A program made the position numbers and the translations under genes. A stretch of 20,000 nt of DNA, from NCBI GenBank assembly GCA_035559535.1, contig DATMBG010000039.1, forward strand, positions 56,816 to 76,815, in the 5' to 3' direction. The notes beneath the pieces are model-generated. The model was not told the origin of the DNA. It did not search any database and saw only the letters and a list, made by a program, of their open reading frames with translations. Below are positions 10,054 to 19,110 of the stretch, in pieces. Origin of the DNA: Candidatus Limnocylindrales bacterium (GTDB taxonomy: Bacteria; Moduliflexota; Moduliflexia; Moduliflexales; JAUQPW01). Position 1 is the stretch's first letter. Each line of letters starts with the position of its first letter.

Positions 10054-10318
10054 AACTATGGCTTCTTCAATAAAATAAAATCAAGACATCCTACTGATAG
10101 AATAGATAGGTACAAGGAGTACCCTGCACTTTCAACGTGCCTCGTACTCTTTCTACCTTATCCCCTCCTTCCTATAGGCATCAAGATAAGGACCGGTCGG
10201 GGGGCGTGGGTGTCTTGCCACCTCATCCCCTCCCCTGGGGCTTCAGGAAAGGGAATGCGGTGAAGGATTTTAGATTTCGGTCAATTTCTTTTTCTCTTGA
10301 TCTGGACCTCTATTTATC

Positions 10319-10348
10319 TTGACGGTTTTACAGGCTTATGGTTACATT
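10319..10348 (+). promoter_or_regulatory. Possible sigma-70 promoter of glnE (would give a leaderless transcript)
   Basis: TTGACG (10319-10324)-N18-TACATT (10343-10348), ending 6 nt before ATG 10355. Confidence 0.4.
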
Positions 10349-10354
10349 ATTTCC

Positions 10355-13300
10355 ATGTCGGATTTTAAAAATTATCTTCTTCAGGAATTATCAGATCTTT
10401 TACTCAAGTATCCCTTTAAGGATTCCCGAAAAGCCTCTCAAAATCTCAACCATATCCTCGAAAGGGTCAAGGGGAATTTTAAATCTGTTTCCACGTTGAA
10501 AACCTCAGGCGTTTCAGTGGGGGTCAATTCAACCAAGGGTTCAACTCCAGACTCGGCCCTAAACTCCCTACCTGATTTTTTTTTGGAAAAGCTGCTGGAA
10601 GCTGCTCACCAGGCCCCTGATCCGGATAGTGCCCTTAATAACCTGGAAAGATATCTCGAGGCCATCCCCAGACCCGGTGACTTCCTATCTAAAATAGAGG
10701 AAAATCCAATGGTTCTGCAAGTCCTCATGAATCTTTTTGGTACCAGTCCCTATCTCTCCGATATTTTGATTCGGAATCCCCACTACCTGAGTTGGCTGGC
10801 GGATTTGGATAAGCTTCGGTTTCCCAAAAGTAAGGAACTTCTCTACCAGGAACTGACTGCGTTTCTGAGTGGAGATGGAGCTCCCTCACCTTTATCCAAG
10901 AAGGAAAAGCTGGCTCTCCTTCGTATTTTTAAAAAAAGGGAAATTTTACGGATCGGGGTTCGGGATATTCTCCGATATGGAGGGGTTAAAGAAATTACCG
11001 AAGAGCTCTCAGATTTGGCAGATGTTCTTATCCAGGGAGCTTATGAAATCTGCGATGCAGAGTTAAAGGAAAAATACGGAACCCCTTACTATCCAGATCC
11101 TCAAGGAGGATGGCGAGAGTGTAAGTTTACTGTATTGGGGATGGGCAAGTTAGGTGGAAGGGGGCTTAATTTTAGCTCGGATATCGATCTGATGTATTTA
11201 TACTCTGCAGATCCGGGAGAGACCTCCGGTTCCAGGGAAGGAAAGCAAAAACACTCCCTCAGCAATCCTGAGTATTTCAGAAAGCTTTCCACCGAAATTA
11301 CTTCGGCCCTCTCCGATGTAACCCCGGAGGGATATGTGTACCGGGTGGATTTAAGATTACGGCCGGAAGGTAAGAGTGGTAATATTGCTTACTCTTTACG
11401 CAGCTATGAGATTTACTATGAATCGTGGGGGGAGACCTGGGAACGGCTGGCTTTAATCAAAGCGCGCCCTGTAGCTGGGGATATGGAACTGGGGGAAGCT
11501 TTTTTGAAGATGATACGACCCTTTGTTTATCGAAAATATATGGACTACGGAGCTATTAACGAAATCAAAGCACTCAAGGACCGGATCGATCGAAAGGTAT
11601 TTATCAGTGGCGAAAAAAACCTCCATGTCAAATTAGGTTTTGGAGGGATTCGGGAGATAGAATTCAGTATCCAGGTTTTACAATTGCTATATGGAGGCAA
11701 AATTCCACAAATCCAGGAGAGAAATACCCTGCTGGCTCTTGAAAAGCTTCGCCAATACAATCTCCTGTCCCAGGAGGATTATACTCACCTGCGGGATGCC
11801 TATCTCTTTTTACGAGATGTAGAGCATAAGCTTCAGATTGTTCATGAATTCCAAACCCATACCCTTCCCACTGATCCTGAAAAACTGGAATTATGTGCCC
11901 GAAGGCTGGGCTATCGTCCTATCCCTGGGGAACGAACTTCCACAGCCACCGAGCAGTTCATGCACGATTATCGACTTCATACCTTCCGGGTCAACAGAAT
12001 CTTTCAGAGTTTGTTTGAGGGTTCCTTAGATCGTTCCGCCTCGGGTATCGGACTTTCCAGTCAAATGACTCCCGAAGTGGCCATGATCCGAAATCAGGAT
12101 TTTCCCAAGGAGCAGGCCTATCAAATTTTACAAAAGTATGGATTTCGAGATATTCCCAGGGCCTATCACATCATTCTCCTTTTGAGAGACGGCCCTGTGT
12201 TTGTTCACTATTCAGCCAAAACCCGGGGACTTCTGGCTACTATCATGCCTTTTATTCTTGAATATGCCGGCCAGTCCCCCGATCCCGACCAGGCCCTTAA
12301 CCATCTGGAGAAGTTTGTTTCTGTAGCCGGTGCCAGAACCACCCTTTATGCACTTCTTGCCAATAATCCCAAGGTCATTGAACTGCTCCTTCGGCTTTTC
12401 GGTCATAGCGATTTTCTCTCGGAAATTCTCATCCGATATCCGGATATGTTGGATGTACTTCTCAACCCGGAGGTTATAGAACAGGCCAGATCCCGGGAGC
12501 AGATGTATCAGGAACTTCAGATAGCCGTCGGTTTGAAATCTCCCCCTACACCGGAAGCCGGTCCAGGTTCCGTTCCTACCGATTTGCCTTCTCGAATAAG
12601 TAAACTACGGCAGTTCAAGCAAGCGGAGACTCTTCGGATCGGATTGAGGGATATCTTGGGTAAGGCTGACTTTCCGACAACTTTGAAGGCCCTTTCGGAT
12701 TTAGCAGATGTCTGTGTGCAGGTCGCCTATGAAATAGCCCAGAGAGAACTCCAGGGTCGGTATGGAATTCCCCAGGCTGATGGAAAAGAATGCGCATTCG
12801 CCATTATGGGACTGGGGAAATTGGGGGGGCAGGAGTTGAACTATACGTCAGATTTGGATGTGTTGTATGTGTACGATAAAAATGGGATGACCACTGGCGT
12901 GGGACAGAGCCTGGATCTACCCGAGAAGATCTCCGAACCTCCCATCCAGATCGAAAATTATCTTTATTTTTTAAAGCTCATTGAGTTTTTAAATAAAATT
13001 CTCGGGGAACCCGGCGTGGATCCTGTTGCTTTCAAACTGGACCCGCGTCTTCGCCCTGAGGGTCGGAAAGGACCTCTGGCCATTCCCTTTGAAAATTATC
13101 GTGAATACTACCAAACCCGGGCAGAAACCTGGGAACGTCAGGCCCTGATTAAAGTCCGATTTATTGCCGGAAGTGAAAACCTCGGTCATTCATTTATCCG
13201 AATGGCCCATGGCTATATTTACCGAAAGGATGTTGATGTCTACAGGAAAACACCTCTTCAAGTGGAAATTCGGGAGATGAAGAAAAAGATGGAGGCTAAA

Positions 13301-13717
13301 ATAGCCTGGGAGATTTTGGAACGAAGTCATCATGTCAAGCTGGGGAGTGGCGGTATCGTAGATATCGAATTTATGGTTCAGTTCCTGCAACTCCAATATG
13401 GACCTCAAAATCCTTCTGTCCGTCAGGCCGGTACCTTACCGGCCTTAGAAAGTCTTTATCGAGAGGGATTTCTTCCCGAGGCAGATTACAAACAGCTTAA
13501 AGAATCTTATGTCTTCCTGCGAACGGTGGAAAACCGCTTGGGAATTGTTCAGGAACTTCCCATTAAAGTTCTTCCAACTTCACCCGAAGACAGGCTTAAA
13601 CTGGCAAAACGCATGGGTTATATGGGAGATCAGGCCGGTGAAACTTTCCTGAAGGATTATGAAAAACATACTACCGCAGTAAGGGAATTGTATAAGAAGA
13701 TTTTCTGGAGTTCATAG
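10355..13717 (+). CDS. glnE: Bifunctional glutamine synthetase adenylyltransferase / adenylyl-removing enzyme
   Basis: Two nucleotidyltransferase modules: GMGKLGG..LNFSSDIDL...RVDLRLRPEG...WERLALIKAR...KLG.GGIREIEF and GLGKLGGQELNY.SDLD...D.RLRPEG...WERQAL.K.R...K...GGIVDIEF. The start is uncertain (ATG 10355 preferred over TTG 10319). Confidence 0.96.
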   Translation: MSDFKNYLLQELSDLLLKYPFKDSRKASQNLNHILERVKGNFKSVSTLKTSGVSVGVNSTKGSTPDSALNSLPDFFLEKLLEAAHQAPDPDSALNNLERYLEAIPRPGDFLSKIEENPMVLQVLMNLFGTSPYLSDILIRNPHYLSWLADLDKLRFPKSKELLYQELTAFLSGDGAPSPLSKKEKLALLRIFKKREILRIGVRDILRYGGVKEITEELSDLADVLIQGAYEICDAELKEKYGTPYYPDPQGGWRECKFTVLGMGKLGGRGLNFSSDIDLMYLYSADPGETSGSREGKQKHSLSNPEYFRKLSTEITSALSDVTPEGYVYRVDLRLRPEGKSGNIAYSLRSYEIYYESWGETWERLALIKARPVAGDMELGEAFLKMIRPFVYRKYMDYGAINEIKALKDRIDRKVFISGEKNLHVKLGFGGIREIEFSIQVLQLLYGGKIPQIQERNTLLALEKLRQYNLLSQEDYTHLRDAYLFLRDVEHKLQIVHEFQTHTLPTDPEKLELCARRLGYRPIPGERTSTATEQFMHDYRLHTFRVNRIFQSLFEGSLDRSASGIGLSSQMTPEVAMIRNQDFPKEQAYQILQKYGFRDIPRAYHIILLLRDGPVFVHYSAKTRGLLATIMPFILEYAGQSPDPDQALNHLEKFVSVAGARTTLYALLANNPKVIELLLRLFGHSDFLSEILIRYPDMLDVLLNPEVIEQARSREQMYQELQIAVGLKSPPTPEAGPGSVPTDLPSRISKLRQFKQAETLRIGLRDILGKADFPTTLKALSDLADVCVQVAYEIAQRELQGRYGIPQADGKECAFAIMGLGKLGGQELNYTSDLDVLYVYDKNGMTTGVGQSLDLPEKISEPPIQIENYLYFLKLIEFLNKILGEPGVDPVAFKLDPRLRPEGRKGPLAIPFENYREYYQTRAETWERQALIKVRFIAGSENLGHSFIRMAHGYIYRKDVDVYRKTPLQVEIREMKKKMEAKIAWEILERSHHVKLGSGGIVDIEFMVQFLQLQYGPQNPSVRQAGTLPALESLYREGFLPEADYKQLKESYVFLRTVENRLGIVQELPIKVLPTSPEDRLKLAKRMGYMGDQAGETFLKDYEKHTTAVRELYKKIFWSS

Positions 13718-13721
13718 TACG

Positions 13722-13958
13722 TTGTAAAGTTAAATTTGGACAGCTCTTCTGCCCTCCCCTAACCCCCTCTCCCGAAGCCTCGGGAGAGGGGGCACTTGGG
13801 GAGTTGACCTGGAGATTTGCCGGTTCCCCTCTCCGCCCCCACCCTTTCCCCCCGTCCACGGAGGGAATTCCCCCGCGAGTGGGGGAAGAGGGGAGGAGGG
13901 TGAGGGAGGGGGAGAGGGGCTGGGGATGAGGGAGAATCACACGGAACTGGCTTTACAA
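13722..13958. repeat. GC-rich nested inverted-repeat element (MITE/REP-like) downstream of glnE
   Basis: Terminal TTGTAAAG (13722-13729) and CTTTACAA (13951-13958). Sub-terminal CCCTCCCCTAACCCCCTCTCCC pairs imperfectly with GGGGAGAGGGGCTGGGGATGAGGG. Internal hairpin CCCCCTCTCCCGA-agcc-TCGGGAGAGGGGG. Confidence 0.7.
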
Positions 13959-14328
13959 AGTAATATAGTTTGTTAAAGTTCCAGGTATCCCCCTTGACAA
14001 AGCCTTCAAGGGTAGTTTTTTAGTTGGGAAGGGGGAACTTTGGAATTACCTGGGTCTCAACTCTTTCCTTCCTTAGGAGGGAAAGGGAGTCAGAGAGGCT
14101 AGATCCAAAAAACCTGCCCCAGAAAGCCCTGACAAAGGAAGAAGATTTCTCATCTTCTCTTTATGGTAAACTATCGATTTTATTTATCCATGAAGAAGGT
14201 AGAAGTCTGAGGGGTAGAGGCGTATCGGTGTGAATTCTCCTACCATGCTCCTACTTCCCCATTTTTCAGGATCCTTCATGGATTTATGGTTAAAAACTGC
14301 AAAAGTAAAAGGAGCGTCAAGGATTCCT

Positions 14329-14937
14329 ATGACAGCAGTATTGAAAATCGGCGTTGGTGGCCCAGTAGGGTCAGGTAAAACCGCTTTAATTGATACCCTT
14401 TGTAAAAGGATGCGAGATACTTATCAGTTAGGGGTAGTAACCAATGATATCTATACCAAGGAGGATGCAGAATTTTTGATTCGAAGTGGGGCTTTACCTC
14501 CGGACCGGATTATCGGTGTTGAGACAGGTGGATGTCCCCATACGGCTATCCGGGAGGATGCTTCCATTAACCTGGAAGCTATTGAAGAGTTAATAACCCG
14601 AATTCCCCAACTTCAAATTATTTTTGTAGAAAGTGGAGGAGATAACCTGGCCGCCTCTTTCAGTCCCGAGTTGGTAGATGCCTGGATCTACGTGATTGAT
14701 GTTTCTGAAGGAGATAAAATACCTCGAAAAGGGGGTCCCGGAATTACCCGTTCTCATCTCCTGATAATCAATAAAATCGACCTAGCTCCTTATGTAGGAG
14801 CCAATCTTGAGGTCATGCGGAGAGATTCTTTGAAGATGAGAAATGGAAAACCTTTTATCTTTACCAATTTAAAAACCGGCGAAGGAGTCCAGGATGTAAT
14901 CCGATGGATTCAGCGAGAACTGCTTTTTGAGGCCTGA
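14329..14937 (+). CDS. ureG: Urease accessory GTPase UreG
   Basis: [13 protein letters not shown]-loop, [21 protein letters not shown] (Ni-binding CPH), ESGGDNL, RKGGPGI and NKID. The start is placed at ATG 14329 (MTAVLKIG...) because the track's extra 33 aa do not look like UreG. Confidence 0.96.
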   Translation: MTAVLKIGVGGPVGSGKTALIDTLCKRMRDTYQLGVVTNDIYTKEDAEFLIRSGALPPDRIIGVETGGCPHTAIREDASINLEAIEELITRIPQLQIIFVESGGDNLAASFSPELVDAWIYVIDVSEGDKIPRKGGPGITRSHLLIINKIDLAPYVGANLEVMRRDSLKMRNGKPFIFTNLKTGEGVQDVIRWIQRELLFEA

Positions 14938-15072
14938 TACCGTAATTTAATCTCCATTCCTATTCCTTAACAGGGAGGAAAGGCCCCCTGCCGACCCAGG
15001 AAGGGGCGCTGGAGGAGACAGGTCCAAAAAACTTACCCCAGAAAAGGGAGGGAAGGAGAGGTCATACCTTTC

Positions 15073-15939
15073 ATGGAGGCTTACTACAGGCCTGGGAGGG
15101 CCGGGATATTACGATTAGAATTTGAAAAGCATAACGGAAAGACCGTTTTAGTCCGTTCTTATTCAAAACTTCCGTTACAAATTTTACGTCCTTATCCCTT
15201 CCGCGAACCGGATTTAGTCTATCTTCCTTTGATTAATCCTACCGGAGGAATTGTAGGTGGGGACACTTTCCATATTCACATCTCCCTCAGAAAAGGCGCT
15301 CGGGTTTATCTCACAACCCAATCTGCTACCAAGATCTATCGAATGATAAAGGGAGAAGAGAGTGTTCAGCAAATAACCTTTGAAATCGAGGAAGGGTCTG
15401 AGCTGGCTTATCATCCCGACAAAGTCATCCCCTTTGGAGGATCTTCCTTTCGCCAGACGCTTCACGTTCACCTGGATGTCACCAGTCAGTTTTCTATGTC
15501 TGAAATTCTTACGCCGGGTCGGCTCTTCAGAGGGGAAAAATTCTCGTTTCAAAGATATTACAGTCGTACCGAAATACGCGAGGAAAATACCCTGGTGTTT
15601 CTGGATACGTTGGATCTCCAACCTGAAAAAGAAAACCTCCTGGAACCGGGTTGTCTGGAGGGATTTGAGTATCTGTATACGGCTTACTTTCATTATAAAA
15701 AAATCCTGCGGAGTTCGGAAAAACCCCGGAACTTCTTAACCTATCTTCTCCAGGAACTTCAACGTCTCTCAACCCCTTCCTTTCAGAAAGAAAACCAAAC
15801 CGAAGGTCCCCAATCCCTCCTCCTGGGTTCTGCAACGACTACCCACTATGGCGGAATCCTGGTCAAGGTTTTATCCCATTCCTCTGTTTTATTAGATGAA
15901 TTTTCCCACCGTGTCCGAGATCATCTATATCCCGCCTGA
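15073..15939 (+). CDS. ureD: Urease accessory protein UreD/UreH
   Basis: G.L.L.F....G.T.L......PL, NPTGGIVGGD, LTTQSATKIY, P...IPF.GS and EI..PGR...GE.F motifs. Adjacent to ureG. Confidence 0.9.
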   Translation: MEAYYRPGRAGILRLEFEKHNGKTVLVRSYSKLPLQILRPYPFREPDLVYLPLINPTGGIVGGDTFHIHISLRKGARVYLTTQSATKIYRMIKGEESVQQITFEIEEGSELAYHPDKVIPFGGSSFRQTLHVHLDVTSQFSMSEILTPGRLFRGEKFSFQRYYSRTEIREENTLVFLDTLDLQPEKENLLEPGCLEGFEYLYTAYFHYKKILRSSEKPRNFLTYLLQELQRLSTPSFQKENQTEGPQSLLLGSATTTHYGGILVKVLSHSSVLLDEFSHRVRDHLYPA

Positions 15940-15954
15940 TTCAGGAAATATCCT

Positions 15955-16008
15955 TTAACAAAACTTTAACTGCGGAGTAATAGAACTGTAATCATTTTAC
16001 CGTATTTT
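15955..16008 (+). promoter_or_regulatory. Putative Pho box (four direct repeats at 11-bp period) and -10 element for the porin gene
   Basis: TTAACA (15955), TTAACT (15966), GTAATA (15977) and GTAATC (15988) are exactly 11 bp apart, followed by TATTTT at 16003-16008. Confidence 0.65.
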
Positions 16009-16051
16009 TAAGCTGAATTCTGTAAGAGGGAGTTTTCTTTCCATTAAGGAC

Positions 16052-16079
16052 GTAGGGGCGTACGGCCGTACGCCCGTAC
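16052..16079. repeat. GTAG-type REP-like palindrome
   Basis: GTAGGGGCGTACGG|CCGTACGCCCGTAC is a 28-bp palindrome with one mismatched pair. Confidence 0.7.
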
Positions 16080-16119
16080 TTGAAGTTAGAACTTTAAAAA
16101 CTAAAAGGAGGATACAGGC

Positions 16120-17319
16120 ATGATTCATAGAAAGAAGCAATCCATTGAAAAATTCAAGATCTTATTGATTCTCATAACCGGTTTAGTTTTATCGGATTCT
16201 GTATTTGCAGCGGAAGACAAAAAGCAGGAGAAAAAGGAGGAAAAAAAAGAGGAGGCGAAACCAAATGTTTTTTCAGCAGCTGCAAACAAGATTACTTTCG
16301 ACGGGTATTTTCAATTACAGTTTTCAACCAGTTCGGTAGATAAAAAAGATGATCCTGCCACACCCGATAAGAATGAGGGAGTTGTGCAGGATTCTTTTGA
16401 GATTCGTCGAGCCAGGCTTGGATTGCGGGCTAATTTTACAGACTGGATCATCGGACGCCTCCAAATAGATGCGGCGGCTTCTACTGCTATCTTGCGAGAT
16501 GCTTATCTAGATCTGGGATTTGATCCCAAATTTGAATTAAGATTTGGTCAATTCAAGAAACCTTTTAGCCGAATTCAGCTTCTCTCTTCCAGTGTATTTC
16601 CCATGATCGAAAGAGGGATTCGAATTCGGGGGGTTAGTCAGAAAGCCCTGGATAATAGCCTGGAAGATCTAAAATTTAGCGAACGAGACATTGGAATCAT
16701 GGTTTTCGGAAATTTTAAGGAAGCCTTTGGTAAAGATACCGGTATAGGCTATCAACTGGCCCTGGTAAATGGAGCGGGTCGAAATGTGGTTCCGGATACC
16801 AATAACGGAAAATTGATTAATGGGCGAATAAACGTAATTCCTGTGAAGGGATTAGAGTTTGCCGTGAGTGTTTCCAATAATACCATCAATGGAGATCCCC
16901 TTGCAATTGACTCTACCAATGTGCAGGCTTATGGGTTTGATTTCCAATATCGTCCCGATCCCAATAACGGAATCTGGCTTATAGGGGAAGTCGACTTTGC
17001 AGACAACTTTGATCCGGCCACCGGTGGGTTTTTGAGAGGAGATGATACCGCTCATCTCTTTGGTGTAACGGGAATAGCAGCTTACCGTTATCCTCTTACC
17101 ACCAACAAGCGATTGGTGGCCATTGAGCCTGCCTTTCGAGTTGATTTTACAGATCCTGATACCGACAAAAGTGATAATGCAGCGACTTTAATTACGCCAG
17201 GACTTAATCTTTATTTTCACAAGAGTGTACGATTGATGTTTAATTACGACTTTGTGGTGTTTCAGGATAATCGCGATACCGAATCTGCCTTTCAATTTAG
17301 GGCCCAATATATTTATTAG
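16120..17319 (+). CDS. Outer-membrane porin, phosphate-selective OprO/OprP-like
   Basis: Signal peptide ending SVFA. Motifs F.IRRARL, LRDAY.D, GQFK.PFS and RDIG. Alternating beta-strands and an aromatic C-terminus (FRAQYIY). AGGAGG RBS. Confidence 0.85.
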   Translation: MIHRKKQSIEKFKILLILITGLVLSDSVFAAEDKKQEKKEEKKEEAKPNVFSAAANKITFDGYFQLQFSTSSVDKKDDPATPDKNEGVVQDSFEIRRARLGLRANFTDWIIGRLQIDAAASTAILRDAYLDLGFDPKFELRFGQFKKPFSRIQLLSSSVFPMIERGIRIRGVSQKALDNSLEDLKFSERDIGIMVFGNFKEAFGKDTGIGYQLALVNGAGRNVVPDTNNGKLINGRINVIPVKGLEFAVSVSNNTINGDPLAIDSTNVQAYGFDFQYRPDPNNGIWLIGEVDFADNFDPATGGFLRGDDTAHLFGVTGIAAYRYPLTTNKRLVAIEPAFRVDFTDPDTDKSDNAATLITPGLNLYFHKSVRLMFNYDFVVFQDNRDTESAFQFRAQYIY

Positions 17320-19110
17320 TTAAATTGCAATGGGAAACACCAATCGAACCGTGGTTCCCTTCCCGACCTGGCTTTCAATCCGCATGGACCCTTCATGAAC
17401 CTCTACCAGGTGTTTAACAATGGCCAGGCCTAACCCGGTTCCACCTTCAGCCCGGGACCTAGCCTTATCGACTCGATAGAAGCGCTCTCCCAATCTCGGA
17501 AGGGCGCTTTCAGGAATTCCAATTCCAGTATCTTTGATGGCTATTTCTATCCGATGGGGTTGATCTTCTTTCACCCGGGCTTCAATACTTACCCTTCCTC
17601 CTTTTTCCGTGTATTTAATTCCATTATCCACCAGATTCACCAGAATCTGGATCAACCGATCTCGATCAGCCAAAACAGGGGGAAGGTCCTTGGAGGCCTC
17701 GAAGGTAAGTTGAATCCCTTTATCCAGGGCCTTCTGTTGCAACATGAGAAGCACGCTCTGAACCACCTGTTCCACGGGCACCGCACTTCTCTCGATTTTT
17801 ATCTTTCCCAGCTCGATGTTGGAGAGGGTTAGAAGGTCATCTAATAATCGGCTCAAGCGATCACTATGGCTGGCCACGATTTTTAGAAACCGGATGGCAT
17901 GGTCTTTATCGTCTATGGCTCCATCCAATAAGGTTTCGACAAATCCTTTAATGGCAGTTAGTGGAGTCCTCAGCTCATGGGAGACATTGGCTACAAAATC
18001 AACCCGCATCTGTTCCAATCGTTTTATTCGCGTGACATCCCGAAAAACCAGGATGGTTCCCTCTGGACTCTCCTCTTCTCCTTTAATAGGAACTGCCTCC
18101 ACGGCAAGGTCTGTTTTTCGGGGAGATAAAATTTGAAGCTCATCGGAAACTTTGGATTTTTTTTCTTGAACCTCTCCAATGAGATTTTGGATGGTTTGAC
18201 TTTGAAGGACCTCCAGGAGCTTAGAAGTATCCGGACCAAAAAGTTTTTCCATTACAGGATTGCTTAAGATAATTTTACCGTGCTTATCAATGACCAGAAC
18301 CCCATCGGTCAGACTTGCAAGAATGGTTTCTTTTTCCTTTTTTTCTTCGAAGACCGCTTTCAGTTCTTCTCCTAATTTCTCGGCCATCTGGTTCAAATTC
18401 TGGATTAAAGTTCCCCATTCATCCTGGGAGGTTACCTTCATGCGCTCTTCCAGCTCTCCGCGGGCAATCCGTTGGGTAAAAGCTATAATGCTTAAAATTT
18501 TACTTTCCAGGGAACGGGCCAGAGAGATTCCTAATATGACTGCAAGGAGCATAGCCATCAGAGAACCCAGCATAATTTTGTTTTGTATTTCCCGCAGATT
18601 ATGTTCGACTTCTGTCAGAGGAAGTGCCATCCGAAGAAATCCGATGAGTTTTGGGGCTTCCGAAGTTCCTGAAGTTTCTAAAGCCCGACTTGATTTTTTA
18701 ATAGGTAAGGCCACGTAAATCAGGTTTTGATGAAGGGTTGAACTGAATCGGATAGCCGTTCCTCTACCCTTCTGAAGGGCTTCTTGGATTTCTGGCCTGA
18801 AAAGATGGTTCTCCATGGAAGACGATGCTTGATCGGAATCTCCAAGTACCTTACCTTCTGAATTTAGGATGGTAATTCTGGCTTCAACCCGATGCTTTAA
18901 AGATCGAGCGAACGCGTCTAGAGAAGGGTCCTCTGAAAGATCGGGGAGATAGGATAAGAGGAGGTTAGCTTCAGAAAAGAGATGTTGTTCAATTTGGGTG
19001 ATAAAAAAGCTTTTTAAAGTAAAGGTGAGATAAAGCCCCAATACCCCTGTACATAGGAGGATCACCAGCAGGTAGCTGCCCAAAAGTTTCCAACGAATTC
19101 GTTTTCTCAA
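17320..19110 (-). CDS. phoR: PhoR-like sensor histidine kinase (TM-sensor-TM-HAMP-PAS-HisKA-HATPase)
   Basis: MENH..RPE sensor motif, DFVANVSHELRTPLT.IKGF.ETL H-box, NLVDN.IKYT, DTGIGIP and ERFYRVDKARSR..GGTGLGLAIVKH. The TTG start overlaps the regulator's TGA. Confidence 0.9.
   Translation of the reverse strand: MRKRIRWKLLGSYLLVILLCTGVLGLYLTFTLKSFFITQIEQHLFSEANLLLSYLPDLSEDPSLDAFARSLKHRVEARITILNSEGKVLGDSDQASSSMENHLFRPEIQEALQKGRGTAIRFSSTLHQNLIYVALPIKKSSRALETSGTSEAPKLIGFLRMALPLTEVEHNLREIQNKIMLGSLMAMLLAVILGISLARSLESKILSIIAFTQRIARGELEERMKVTSQDEWGTLIQNLNQMAEKLGEELKAVFEEKKEKETILASLTDGVLVIDKHGKIILSNPVMEKLFGPDTSKLLEVLQSQTIQNLIGEVQEKKSKVSDELQILSPRKTDLAVEAVPIKGEEESPEGTILVFRDVTRIKRLEQMRVDFVANVSHELRTPLTAIKGFVETLLDGAIDDKDHAIRFLKIVASHSDRLSRLLDDLLTLSNIELGKIKIERSAVPVEQVVQSVLLMLQQKALDKGIQLTFEASKDLPPVLADRDRLIQILVNLVDNGIKYTEKGGRVSIEARVKEDQPHRIEIAIKDTGIGIPESALPRLGERFYRVDKARSRAEGGTGLGLAIVKHLVEVHEGSMRIESQVGKGTTVRLVFPIAI

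Noticed and set aside
10024-10322. Small plus-strand ORFs in the clc-glnE divergent gap
   Set aside because: They span promoter and repeat-like sequence and have no coding hallmarks.
13671-13940. 89-aa Pro/Gly-rich minus-strand ORF
   Set aside because: It is a translation of the GC-rich palindromic repeat and overlaps the glnE end.
14024-14328. 69-aa ORF at 14024-14233 and the 33-aa N-terminal extension of UreG
   Set aside because: The ORF runs through repeat and hairpin sequence with a TTG start and no motif. UreG similarity begins at ATG 14329.
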